Assembly: GCA_013115125.1 (NCBI GenBank) | Contig: JABANN010000223.1 | Coordinates: 1-50,660, forward strand | DNA length: 50,660 nucleotides | Direction of reading: 5' to 3' | Source: Perkinsus olseni | Lineage: Eukaryota | Shown here: piece after piece, positions 37,451-49,568 of the stretch | How the letters are laid out: the number at the start of each line of letters is the position of its first letter | Numbering within the stretch: position 1 is the first letter of the stretch | Translations under genes and position numbers: made by a program | Notes under the pieces: generated by a model | Seen by the model: only the letters and a program-made list of their open reading frames with translations | Database searches by the model: none | Told to the model about the DNA's origin: nothing

Positions 37451-40189
37451 TCACATCACAATCAATCTTCTACTATTGTTCAGAGTGGCGATGAACTGGA
37501 CAGGGTCGACCATGGCGTCGCCGTCACCGTCCAGAGCTCCGTCACAGTCGGGGGTGAGGTGCATCTCGGAGATAACGCGCTCTCTCAGTCTTTTCCATAC
37601 ACCAGGTCCTTGTTTGCGTGACCACAGCTTCAAATTCTCCGGTGACATGCTTCCTTCCTGCTCGATGGTGGGGCTGCCGACATTACACCACAACCAATCA
37701 AGCACGCAGCTCTCTGCGCCCAGCCTGTAGCAATTAGGAGACAGGCAGACAGCCACGAAGAGCTGAGGTGGGGAGTCACCTGAGAGAGCGGTCATGCCGA
37801 GAGGCTGAGGGCCGTTAGCGGGAGAGATGGCGATCCAGTAGTTCTATGCTAAGGAGCTTACCATCGCTCTCGCTGTCCCATAGCGTGGCTCCCCAGTCGG
37901 TGCCATCGGATACCTCAGGCCTGATTAGCCGAACGGCGGTCTTCCCTCTCAACCAACGCTGGTGCTGATGCCAAGCGGACCGGCAGAAGAAGGCGTGGGA
38001 CTTGATCTCGACCAAAGCCACTGCCTTGGAAGTGGCCATGTCGACGATCTGAGAGAGACTGAAATTTGAGAGTTGAGTGGTGCAACAACGGTAGATAAAA
38101 GCGCCTTCGACGAGTAAGAAAGCTTGATCTGTTGAGATCGGCCAGTGCGGTGATAATACAAACTCCACCTGGCGGGAGAAGCCGCAATACAATTGATGCC
38201 GTTCTAAGAGGCGTGGCTAAAGGGTTCAACGTGAGCCTAAGCCGCCTGGAGACCGGCTGAGGGAAGGTGAAAGGAGCTTCACCAAGTGAAGGGCTGAGGT
38301 GAGAACTGTGTGAACCGCATGCACTGGCACGTTCTAAGACTCTGCCTTTACGCGACCTACCGCAACATCAACCTCTCCCACTTGCTCCCCTCCTTGCTTC
38401 CATATGGCGCCAATAACTTCCTCCGTGTCCTCGGGGCGGAGACCCAGACGTCTGCAGATCTAAGACCCAAGACCACCTGAATCCGTAAGGCCGTGCGCAT
38501 CCTACCTCGTCGCTGGCTACATGGACCTTCACGTCATTAGTCTCCATTTGATGCCCTCGAGAAGCTCTATCTCGTCCGATGCGCTCATCCAGCTCCTTCC
38601 ACTTCCGTTCAACTCCTCCTAGTCCACTCTTGGCCCAGTAATCCTCAGCGCGCAGTAGATCAGCATAGCCCTTCTGAGACTTCCGCCAGGCAACCATCTC
38701 GGCAAGCTTCTCCTGAAACGAGAGAGAACGCAACCCGGTCAGCATATTGACAACATCGTTGAAAGCTCGAGGCGCTCACGATGTCGCACTAGGCAAAATC
38801 ACGAGGCCTGGTGGATCACGGGGGAGACGAGCAGGAAGAACAAAGTTGAGAATACGAATTCACTCAGTGGGCGGAGGAAGCGAGCAGCTAACGAACAGCC
38901 GTGGTGGAACTCAGAGAGAAAACCGTATTGAAGTAACGCCCAGATCGCATCGGAGGTCGCCGACTGTAGAAGAGCCGAAGCTAATGAATAAATCATCAAA
39001 GCGTCGAATACGATACCTTCCGCAGATCGATCTCTTGCTGCCGTTTCGCCATCAAATCCTTCACCGTGCGCGTGTCTTTCGGGTGTTTCTGACGTATCTT
39101 CCGCAAGATTCTCTCAGCATCCTTTTCCGACATGGGCTTGCTGACGTGCTCAAGCTGCCAAGTAAGCGTTATCTCTCCTTCACGGGGAGAACCCCAATCT
39201 TGCCGCATCCGCTCCATCACGTTCAAAACCGACGTGAAGGACAGAGACTTCTCAACGGGAACTGAAGACGCCATCAACTCGACAACGAGTCTTTAGGACT
39301 ATCCACTATGCGCTCATAGATGATAGGACTACAATGACCACTCAGCTGACCCGTTGATCTGTCTTCTCAGGTCTGACATTCCGGCCCAGTTCACTACCGG
39401 TTTGAGCGTCACCACAAGACACGATACGTAAACGAAAGGTCGAGTTTACGCCCGGAGGGAGATGCAGTCCTAGCAACCCTCCTGTCGTACCTCTGTCCAC
39501 GAGCAGCTGCAACTGAGGATCCAGACCCGTCATCAACTTCCGGAGCAGTTCATCTCCCTCACGAAGCAGCTCATTACGAGGCGACTCGGCCAGCTCCAGC
39601 GCAAGGTGTCCAGCGAAGCGTTCGAACTCGGCGTCCCCTTGCTTGCAGTCCCGCGTGTAGAGGCCACAAGGAGTGATTGCCGACAGGCAGCGTAGCAGTA
39701 GAGGTACCAGCAACCTCTGGGAGAAGGCGAACTGAAGGGACAGCGGCACTACTTATCCCAAACCCAGCAGCGTTTCGAATGCTCATTCTCCACTCTCCAC
39801 GAGGGTACACTGTGGAATACGGAAGAGGTTGAACCTGAGTCGACTCAGGTTCCCTCTTAATCCGTGATTGCCAACGAGCAGGCCGACCGCCCTCGTCACA
39901 CAGTAAGGCGCTTCTCGTAACCCGAATCCGATCTTTCCGCAACTTCCCTTACTACCATTTTAGATCTGATCTTGGAGGGGATGAGACCCTTTTGGCAAGC
40001 GGAGTAGAAGGTGTCCATCAAGAGCCTTCCTAACCTGTGCCCCAGACGACCGTGGTAAAGTCGATCGAGCGTCGTACTTGCATACGGTAGATATTCATTT
40101 GAGGGATAACTCATCCTCGTCATCATAATATAATACGTCGAGGCTGGGAATCCCTTCCGACTGCCGCGAGTTATCGAAGATCTTTTCAT
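37451..40189 (-). CDS. one or two hypothetical multi-exon genes
   Basis: Series of same-strand ORFs separated by intron-sized gaps. No family recognised. Confidence 0.4.
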
Positions 40190-40433
40190 GGCAGTGCCAT
40201 GCGTCTCCCATGGACGCCATCGTGGAACACGCGAGGGACGACGCGGTTGCGGCTGTCATGCTTAGCTCCTAATACTTTCCCAACGCAAAAACATGAGATT
40301 GAGTGAAATCCTGTTAACAATGGGGATATGCAAAAAGCTGCGGACAGACCCTCAGAACGGGACTGATGTACTATCGTATTAATAATCGGCGGCCAGTTGA
40401 TGGGACCGGGAATCGGAATGAACTTAACAAATC

Positions 40434-41324
40434 TTACAACTCGGAATAATTGATATCGTTGTAGATCTTTCTCATATTCTTTGTTGTTACTGAAGTGTAC
40501 AGGGGGTCTTCGAAGAAGTACCTACACACAAGAGAATAACAACGAAACAACGACAGCAATGGGCCACCTACCTTGGAATGGCCCAGAAGAATCCGGGTAG
40601 ACGACGAATGGCTTTAACCCTCTGAGGGCGAAGGCCTATAGGGTTATAATCAGCGTAATCAGGCTCATTGTCGATCAGACTGTTAGTGTACCTGACAACA
40701 CTGGCCTCACGAATCATGGTACACCTGAATCACGTACGGCATGAGGACATTCTTGAGCCTTATGTTGAGGTAGGGCAGAGCATAGGCGAACTGTCTGTGC
40801 CTATCAGGCCACATCTTGCGCAACTCCTGACGACGGAGATATCTGAGCCATGGTACCGAATGTGCTACTGACACACTACTAACCGATCAAGTTAGAAGAC
40901 AAAGACGATCACTGCTACACGCGGATAAAGGAACGGACGAGGCAGTGCAGGAAGGCCATGATGATGCGCGAACAAGGACTTACACGTCCGGGTTGAAGAG
41001 GAAGTGTCTCCATGAAATTGCCACTAGGATGCCAAGAGCCGTCCCCAGTAGGGCGGCGTAGTTGTACAGAGGGACATCATAGAACCATTCCCTCACTTGC
41101 TGACGAAACAGGAATTCGGCCAGCATTGGATCGGTCTGTCGACGGGAGTATATACCGTAGCGATTGCGCCACCTGAGCGGTCATCAATAAGGCACACAAA
41201 GAGGAGATGAGTAGCAGACCCACCATTGAACGGTGTGGGCACCGTCCTCTGAGTACATGGGCGTACCCAGCTTGAGGGGAGGGCCGTAGCACTTGAGACC
41301 TCCAGACAGGATTCGACGGAGCAT
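40434..41324 (-). CDS. mitochondrial protein, NDUFA4-like complex IV subunit, paralogue 1
   Basis: Spliced product MLRRILSGGLKC...WRNRYGIYSRRQTDPMLAEFLFRQQVREWFYDVP-(TM)-WRHFLFNPDV...RYFFEDPLYT...YSEL*. It has a transit-peptide-like start and a TM + NPDV motif. Not captured in the ORF track. Confidence 0.65.
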
Positions 41325-41961
41325 TCACAGATACCTCTACACAAGTCACAAAGGTAACTACTCGACAACATCAATCGCCTATGATGAGGTTGGAACGAAT
41401 TCTGTGAGGCCTGATCACCAACCATAGAAGTTGACGCCGAAATGCAAAAGAACGTCACCGAAAAGGAGACGTCCACTGTCCTCGCAGACTTCGCAATAAT
41501 GATATAAGTTGTTGTTGTTGTTGATGCTGGGCGGGTCAAGAGGCTTGTCACCGCAACGGTGTTACGCCTTAACGGCACAGCAGTTACATCATGATGTCAG
41601 CCACTTGTAGACTTCTTCACTGAACTATCTAGCCTTACCCATTGTTAGCCATACTATTTTCAAGAACTTAACGAGACGCCTCAACCCATTATGATATAGG
41701 TTGTTGATTGAATTCTCCTATGGAGTCAAGCCACACGGACGGGTCAAGAAAGCAGGAGCGAGGCAGATGGCTTCCCGCCAGGAGAAGGGAATACCGGCAT
41801 CGATCATGACATCACATAAAACACTTAACCCAACACTGGCGGGCAATGGTCACCTGTAAACCCGATAGTATCCATGATCTCCGAAGAGAATACTAGGACA
41901 AAATTGATGACAGCCCCCGAGGGGACTGATGTGCGTTATAAAAATGAGCATGTTACATCAC

Positions 41962-42766
41962 TCAGAGCTCAGAATACCCCAACTTCTTATACATGGCCTG
42001 CATGTTCTTAGTAGAGCAACTCGTGTATAAAGGGTCCTCGAAGAAGTACCTGCAGCGGAACGTGATCGACAAGCAACCGCTAGAGGGCTGATACGACTCA
42101 CTGTGGTATTGACCAGAAGAATCCTGGTATACGGCGGATAGCCATGACCCTCTGGGGACGGAGGCCTACGGGGTTGTAGTCAGCATAGTCGGGTTCGTTG
42201 TCGATAAAACTGTTCTTGTACCTGATCAGACGACCACTGATCGTCACTGACGACACCCAACTGAGCTCCCCTACGGTAGTAGAAGGTTCTTCAGCTGAGG
42301 GTTGAGGTAGGGCAGAGCGTAGGCGAACTGTCTATGCCTGTCGGGCCACATTTTACGAAGTTCTTGGCGACGCACGTAACTGCGGGGAAATCTTTTAAAT
42401 AATAGACTGTTGAAAAAACTCTTACACGTCCGGGTTAAAAAGGAAGTGCCTCCAAATGACAGCCACTAGGATGCCGAGAGCCACTCCCACCAAGGCGGCG
42501 TAGTTGTAGGATGGGACATCATAGAACCATTCCTTCACTTGCTGACGGAATAGGAATTCGGCCAGCATCGGGTCGGTCTGTCGACGGGAGAACAAACCAT
42601 AACGATTGCGCCACCTGAGCGGTCGAAGAGTACCGACGGCTGGGCCATTTGATACCGGTACTCACCAGTTCACAGTGAACGCGCCGCCCTCCGAGTACAT
42701 GGGGGCGGAGAGCCTGGTGGGCGGATGGTAACATCTCAAACCCCCAACCAAGCCTCGACGTAGCAT
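41962..42766 (-). CDS. mitochondrial protein, NDUFA4-like complex IV subunit, paralogue 2
   Basis: Spliced product MLRRGLVGGLRC...WRNRYGLFSRRQTDPMLAEFLFRQQVKEWFYDVP-(TM)-WRHFLFNPDV...RYFFEDPLYT...YSEL*. Confidence 0.65.
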
Positions 42767-42920
42767 TTCAAAAAAGGAGCTGACCGAGGCTTACGTCACC
42801 GACTGCCCTCAAAGGCTCAGAGCAATCGTAAGTCAACTCTTTCCGTAGTGCCTTCGCGGGTTGACCTCAAGTTTACTACGCGCAGTGCGACTCGCGCGCG
42901 CCCAAATAATCGATTCAACA

Positions 42921-45545
42921 GGTGCACTTTGTCCCGGAGGCTACTTGGTGGAGAATGCAACGTGAGTACGTGGGGGGCCGGTGTTCACTAAAGCTGCATT
43001 CGGGCGCGTTGATGTATGTGACGTATTCCTTTTTTTCATCAGTTTCGTCTGGGTCCATGAGCCATGTTTTGGCGAGGGCTCAGTGGCAACAACGCTGGAC
43101 CGCGATAACGATAAAGCCGCAGAGGCCCCGTGGACGGCCTTCCCTCAGTGTGATCAGGATCGATTAGATGCCGCTGTTACCACAGGCAAAGTAGTAGACT
43201 CTGCTCGGGCAAGGCCGGTTGACTTTCACCAGGATGAGGTGTGCGTCTACGGCTGTCGGTGGATAGTCGACATACGGGCTGGTAAATTGACGGCCCGTTT
43301 TTGGAGGGCTCAACCCAAGCGAGTAGCGAGAGCACTGTGGCATAAGGAAGGTAATACTGGCAGGAACACGGGGTATGAAAGGAGATGGCGTCCCTGTAGG
43401 TGTGCCTTACACGGAGGAGGAGTCTATCATGATAGACAACTGGGCAAAATCAACTATCATCACTACCACACCTTTGGTTAAAAAGCATCCTGAGCCAGGG
43501 TTACCTTTTATTTTTTCGCCCGCGATCAGGCACTACCGGATGGTAACAGACGGATCGAGCTGAACCCCGAAACGCGAGAGATTGTTGAAGTTGTGAACAC
43601 CATGGGATGGTTCCTGAGGTCCTATGGGAAATGCGCGTTGCCAACTCTCCGTTAAGAACGTGTCGCCGTCCATCACGCTGACGTTCAACTCCACTCAGTC
43701 CAAAGACCCCCATCACTCGAGGCTGGCCCGGCGTACCGGTCCATGGCGATAGTGCAGCGCCAGTGACCAACCTAGTGCGCAAAGCATGGCAAATTCTCCA
43801 GTGGGGTATCGTAGCCCATCAGGTTATATGTATCCATGGCATCGGAGAGCATCTCTGGTCGCAGCAGGCCTTCTCCCAGTTAGGATTAGTGGAGCAATGC
43901 CGAGGTTTACGGTCCATGGTTAACGAAGAGGGGGCTGCCACCAGAATCGAGTGAGCCCAGCACTATATGAGCCTCCGGCGTGCGACTGCGTCCGAGAGGC
44001 AGGGCATGATTATCTCCACAACAGTGTTCGCTCCCACCGATCAGATTCCTTCCTGTAGAATGGCATTCTGTGATACACACTCAAGGTGATGCTGTGCAAC
44101 GTCAGCTGGAGGCCATCACTCTACCGTCGGTCCCGATGCTACGTAATAATGCTCCTATCGAAGCACGCTATCTCGTCTGCTTCATAAGCAGGCACCATGA
44201 CAAACGATTGCATTTCTGATGTGCTATTCTACCAAGGTTCGGAGTACCAGTTCAGGATAAGGGAAGCTGTCGTGCAGAACATCAACAATACCGTACGCAG
44301 TAACTTTCCGAAACACGTCGGGAAATTGTCGAACCTTCGCCCCCTTCAAAGTAAAGGAGACTACTTGAATAGCCCTATTTTCCTATTTTCCTATCAGAAC
44401 CGATATGTACTCGTGAGTTGTCGAACTCTATTCTCCTCCAAGATGCTTCCTGTCAAAAATCAGAATCTCGACTCGGGTGGCGCCGGTAGTCGATCGTCTA
44501 TAGAATATCTTTCGTTCCGTATGGATCGTCCTTTCCCCTACTAAAAGCACCCCAACATACCGCCTGTCAGGTGAGGTCCTATTTGGCCGCCCTGGGTCCT
44601 TCGAACCCTCCTGTACGGGTCTCCTTCATATGCCACTCACTCGGCTCAGTTATAATATACGATATCCTGCAGAGACAGAAGGATGCCACTGTAGGTCGTG
44701 TTCCGGACCTGCGTTGTGAATACTCATACCATCCCTTTGCCAAATCAGATACCACCGAAGGAGCGTCTGGACTTCGGTCCCCAGTGCCCTGTAGCAGTCG
44801 CCAGCTTATTTTTAATAGGCTCCCCCGTAGCACTCTTCCTTACCTGTCGAGGCTCCTGTGCCGACATCATCCCAGAAGTGAGCGCAGTGCCACTAGCATG
44901 CGTTGTACTCGGTGCTGTCAGCACATCTGCGCGCGGATGTTCAACGTCTTCAATCCGACCGATCCCGTAGCGTATCGCTTGGAGCCTCTGCTGAGCCTCA
45001 GGATGAAGGACGCTCCCCCAGAGCATGTACGCCACCACCTCTGCTGAATCACGTCGCTGTCATCTCGTTGGCACAGGTACCTGACTATAGTGGAGGTGGT
45101 GGCGTGAAAGCCCACGTGCAACTGAAGGGAGTCATGAAGGCCTTCGCGGATTCTGCCTACGATGTGGCTACCAAGGATGGCGGCATCAAGAAGGCCTTCA
45201 TCGCTCCAATGAAATCACTACTCGGACTGGACGCGGATGAGGTGAGGCTGACCCTGGGACTGAGGAGACGTATTAGTCGCAGGTGGCGAGTCTGCAGACA
45301 GCTACTGAGAGCATCAAAGCGATCAATGGTGGGGAGCGTATCGACTGGGTAGTAGGTCTTTCTTGGTGACGGGATTACAGTTAGCAGGCTGGGTGGGTCT
45401 TCAGGAGCTCCAGGAGGGTTTGATTGAATCTGCCAACGATTATGTTACAGCAGTCGTTAGCCACAATCGCTACTTCAATAATGCGGATTTCGCTGCATTT
45501 GTCAAGGCCAAGTTACTGATGACCTTCTCGTCGTCGTCGGCATAG
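42921..45545 (+). CDS. DDHD-domain phospholipase A1 (PA-PLA1/SEC23IP family)
   Basis: Motifs IHGIG, FLPVEWH, DVLFY, lipase HSLGS, FLIGSP, FNVFNPTDPVAYRLEPL, RIDW and SHNRYF. The 5' end is unresolved. Confidence 0.88.
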
Positions 45546-47033
45546 CACACTGGGGCAGCACGTCAGGGCTCACTGTTGCAGTGTCATGGATGCATCATCA
45601 CTAAGGTGTGGAGCAAGTAGTGAGTATTCCCACGGCGACTGGACCATTGACCCACATCTTGGCATTCTGCCTGCTGTTGAGATTGATCTTCTGTTTGTTA
45701 TTGCTTCCATCGTTTTACGCGACTCCGTTGTGATGATCTCGTTGGAGTGATAACAACTGAGAGCTGCTGAGGAGTCGGGATCGATAGCGTCATCATCATA
45801 GTCGTCTAGTATCTGTTCTCATCGGTGCTCATCGCTTCGATAATGCGCTTCTGACGGCCGCCCTCGCCAACTCAGCAGCTCTGGGGAGAGGTCTCTGCTG
45901 ATTCATCGCCACGCCGATGGTGTAGTGGATAAGACTGTATAGCTGAAGTATCAGCTGCGGATTCTGTAAATTGGGGCGGACTGGCCAACGTGCGCGGTCG
46001 GATAGCGAGCATGAATATTTGTAAACTTGACGTGCAGCGGCTGGGCGGAGGTGTTACTCCGAGACCGTTCAGCGTTTTTACTCCGGACGGAAAATTATGG
46101 AATTTTCCGAGATACTGAGCCCGCCAAGGTCGAGTTTCGTCGCCAAACACCCGTTCCTCGAAATTGAAAATGTACTCAAAGTCACTCCCGGGAGAACGCC
46201 ATTCACAATAGCTGGGTAGTGGAGCCGAAATGAAGAGCAGAGAGACGCATGAGCGTCAGTTGAAGGAACTGGGGGGGGGGCGCCCAACCGGGCCACAAAC
46301 TGCTTTCAGTCGAAGGTGAGATCCTTCGCCGTGAAGGCGGTGGTTCGGAGATTGATGGCCGATATCAACCTTGATGCACTCAAGGAGGTTGGTGGATACT
46401 TGGTCAGGCTAACCAGAGGGCCTCTTAGAATAGAACACTTGTAGTGGCCTTTGGAACAGGAACCTTGATGTCCTTCGGGCGAGGTGCCATTCAACCTCGA
46501 CCGCTATGACTCCGCCCGAGGATGGTGTGGTCATGTTGAACATGAAAGGAGTCTAATAATGGTGATGCGGTAATGATATGCTGTTCCTTATGGATCGCCG
46601 GCAGCGTTAGATCAATATGGGCGGTGCCCGTGTGGGCGCCACCAGGTTGCGGTCTCGAACTAAACGCTGCTCCAGCGAGGTGATCAACCATTGGAAATCT
46701 TTTGAGTGGGAATGCGGTTGTGAAGAAGAGAAGGATGACGACCATAGCTCAGCCCGAGCAGAATGTGAGTGCCTGTGGGATGGAGAAAACTAATGACGGC
46801 GGCTTGAGGCAGCTGATACCATCCTCTAGTACGGTACAATCTCTTCTACCTGCGCTGGTACGTCATGGTACCGCTGATCCTCGAGGAGGATTGCTGCGAC
46901 TGGTCGCAGGAGACATAGGGGGAATCTCCCACTGGGAAAATGGCCGCCGATTGCCTATCGATGGCCCATCGACTATAGGTGGTGGAGCTGGGATGACGCC
47001 TCCGGAAGTTGTCTCTTGTAATGTCGGGAATGA

Positions 47034-47225
47034 TCACAGGCAGTTACAAACGACAGCTTCAGCACCGCGGCAGAAGCATTCACCCGGGCAATCACCGCAG
47101 CCACTGTGCCCGCTGCCCTTCAGTTTACGTAGTGGGTCACCACCACTGTGAGGGATATTGTCTTGGACCCCCATAGCCAGGATAATGCAGGTGGTGAAGA
47201 CCAGGGTAGCTAGGAGGCGGAACAT
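47034..47225 (-). CDS. small secreted cysteine-rich peptide precursor (63 aa)
   Basis: Signal peptide MFRLLATLVFTTCIILAMG, a short pro-region with RKLK, and six clustered C-terminal Cys. Confidence 0.5.
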   Translation of the reverse strand: MFRLLATLVFTTCIILAMGVQDNIPHSGGDPLRKLKGSGHSGCGDCPGECFCRGAEAVVCNCL

Positions 47226-48995
47226 TAAAGTGAGGGCAGTTCGTAGAACTTGGGATGAGAGTCTCGAGGCAGCAGATGCGGCATTGACTTGTGGTTCAGC
47301 CTGCGTATGGGAGCTCGCCCCGGATACAGCTCCCGAGGGCTCATATTGCCTTGGGGCATGCGTGCAACTTTGTGAGCTCTGCGGTTGTTAGGATGACGGG
47401 ACTCAACGCGATTCTGTGCGGGCTCCCTCGTGCAGGTTTGCGCGGCGCTCTCTCGAGTGCGCTGTTGGGCCCAAGCAGTCCTTAGAGACTCTGCTCGTTT
47501 CTTTCTCAATGTGAAAATCTGATACCTCTTTATTTGTGTCAGAGAGATTCTCACCTCTTGCCTCTCTCTGATACACTCCGTTCGTATACTCGGCCATCGA
47601 GTTCCACGATTACTCCGCGCCCGCTAACGTGGAGTCCAGGGGTAGGTTCTTGGGCTTCCTTCCATCGCTTCGGGTTTCGTGTTGTCACCTCTTACTTCGA
47701 TTCAGTCGCCTGTGCTGGAAATTCCTTGGTTAGACTCTGAGATATTCTGCTTTGATGAACTCTCTCTAGCGACCGAAGGATGTCAGCCGTGTTGCCAGCC
47801 TGTCTCTCACGCACAACCCCAATTTTCTACACGTATCTGTTCCGTGATCAGAAAAGTCGTGGTTTTCCTTTGTAGGGATCAGCTCACTGCAAGGTTAACT
47901 CGTGGAAGTCCTAGTGCTCTGCTCGGTAACCTGCCGTGGGCTGACTGATAGCACTACGCCGACAAAGGAGGAATCGATTGAAACGGTTCTTGTGTGTGGG
48001 TCACGCACGACGCGTGCAACAGCATTGCCGTTTTGTCCACAGTCTTGGTCAAGAGTGAAACACTAACGCACCATAGGGTGCTATTCACGTACCGCCAGCG
48101 CTGAGAATAAGCATGAATCTGAACTATGCGATAATGTCCTCCAATAGAACGCATTTCCGTTGACAACTGAAGATACTGAATGGTATCGGTAAAGCGACAG
48201 GAGCATGCAACGTGCTTCTTGTAGTAGAAGAGTTGTACACAGAATATGGGTTGCAGAGGCTCATGACAAACTGTTACCGAAAGTATCAACTTCTACGGCT
48301 GACTTGTCAAGTGGCGCGTGGGTGGACGGTCACAAACGATTTAAAGAATTAAGGAAGGGCGAATCTGATGATCATGCATTGGTGCTCGCCAACGGACAAT
48401 TCCGAAGTCGGATTCGACCCCAAGGACACGAGATAGTCGGACTATCCTAGTGGTCTTTGGGGTCAAATCTCGAGTCCTTGGATGAAGCCTCAACTATGAT
48501 AGTCCAGCTAGCATCGCACGAGAGCGTATGAACTTGGCGTCAAGGCAGTTTGAGCTGTCGCTTGTCCGAAGATTGACGGCTGCTGATCCATGAATACCAT
48601 TCATACACCTTTTGCTCCTAGATATGAGGATATCAACGGAGGGCCTATCTCCCGGCCCTGCCGTGCCCCTGACTCAAGAAACTTGTGACCAGTCGCAGTC
48701 GCGCAGCTGCGGTCAGTACGCATTGTGTCCTTCGATCCGCCTGCCGTCATGCGATGTACTCGCAACGCAGTACAAACATGGAAGGTGGCACCATTGGGTT
48801 ACAAAGGCAGCACTGCCATAGTTCCATTGGGACGAGAACATGATATACTGTACGTCCGTGTGGTGCTCCGTTATGCAGCGGCATCTTCTGAATCTTCTCA
48901 CCGTGTTACACGGTTTGTATTTACTCGAGGATTGGTGCCGAGTCGGTCGTCGAGCATACTTTGGCAGTATTATTTAAATTCACCAACTTGATGAT

Positions 48996-49568
48996 ATGCC
49001 GCTGACATCCGTCCTCACGGGGTTCATCGACAAGCTCTACCACTACGGTGACGCTAACGAGGACTACGCTGAGGTAGAGAGCGAAGAGGGGGCAGACCCG
49101 TACAAGGAGTTGGCAGCACGTGACCAGGTATTATTAATGCCCCCGTCGGGGATCGAACCTGGGACCTTCAGATACTAGACTTTTTCGAACATGATTATGA
49201 CGATGTGATGGGGTATCTTCCTGAGGCCCTACAAGGTATAGCGCCGAAAGAGGTGGTGGATCGAGGCCGGGCAGGAATTGAAGAATACATGGAGGGGCTG
49301 CGGTAGCAATGTGGGTATCACAGTGGCCCGTGGAGTGTTGCTGGTCAGGATCGCCTATTATAACGCTGTCAATGGTGAAGCCTTCCAGAATAAACAACTG
49401 GAAGTTCTAGTGCCGCAACTGATAGAAAAAAAGGAAAATCTGAAGAGGCTCCTGTTAATAGGGATGTCGCGGAGTACGAAAGTTTACAAGGTGAGGATTC
49501 CTGCTGTTGAGGGGTCGACACTTCGTCGAATCAGGAAAAGAAGATATCACTCGAGCACACTAAACTAG
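48996..49568 (+). CDS. hypothetical multi-exon gene or gene relic
   Basis: Exon MPLTSVL...ARDQ splices (49128-49171) in frame to ILDFFEHDYDDVMGIFLRPYK. A further ORF follows at 49278-49568. Confidence 0.35.
49138..49173 (-). pseudogene. tRNA 3' half (positions ~38-73; Phe/Met-like)
   Basis: The minus strand reads ATCTGA AGGTC CCAGG TTCGATC CCCGA CGGGGGC A. No D-arm or 5' half lies upstream. Confidence 0.7.

Noticed and set aside
41905-41930. TGATGA...CTGA hairpin suggesting a C/D snoRNA or SECIS
   Set aside because: The boxes are too close, there is no convincing second box pair or AA loop, and no adjacent in-frame TGA gene.
47158-47391. Plus-strand ORF with a Cys-rich tail
   Set aside because: It has no signal peptide and a non-ATG start, and it overlaps the better-supported minus-strand peptide.
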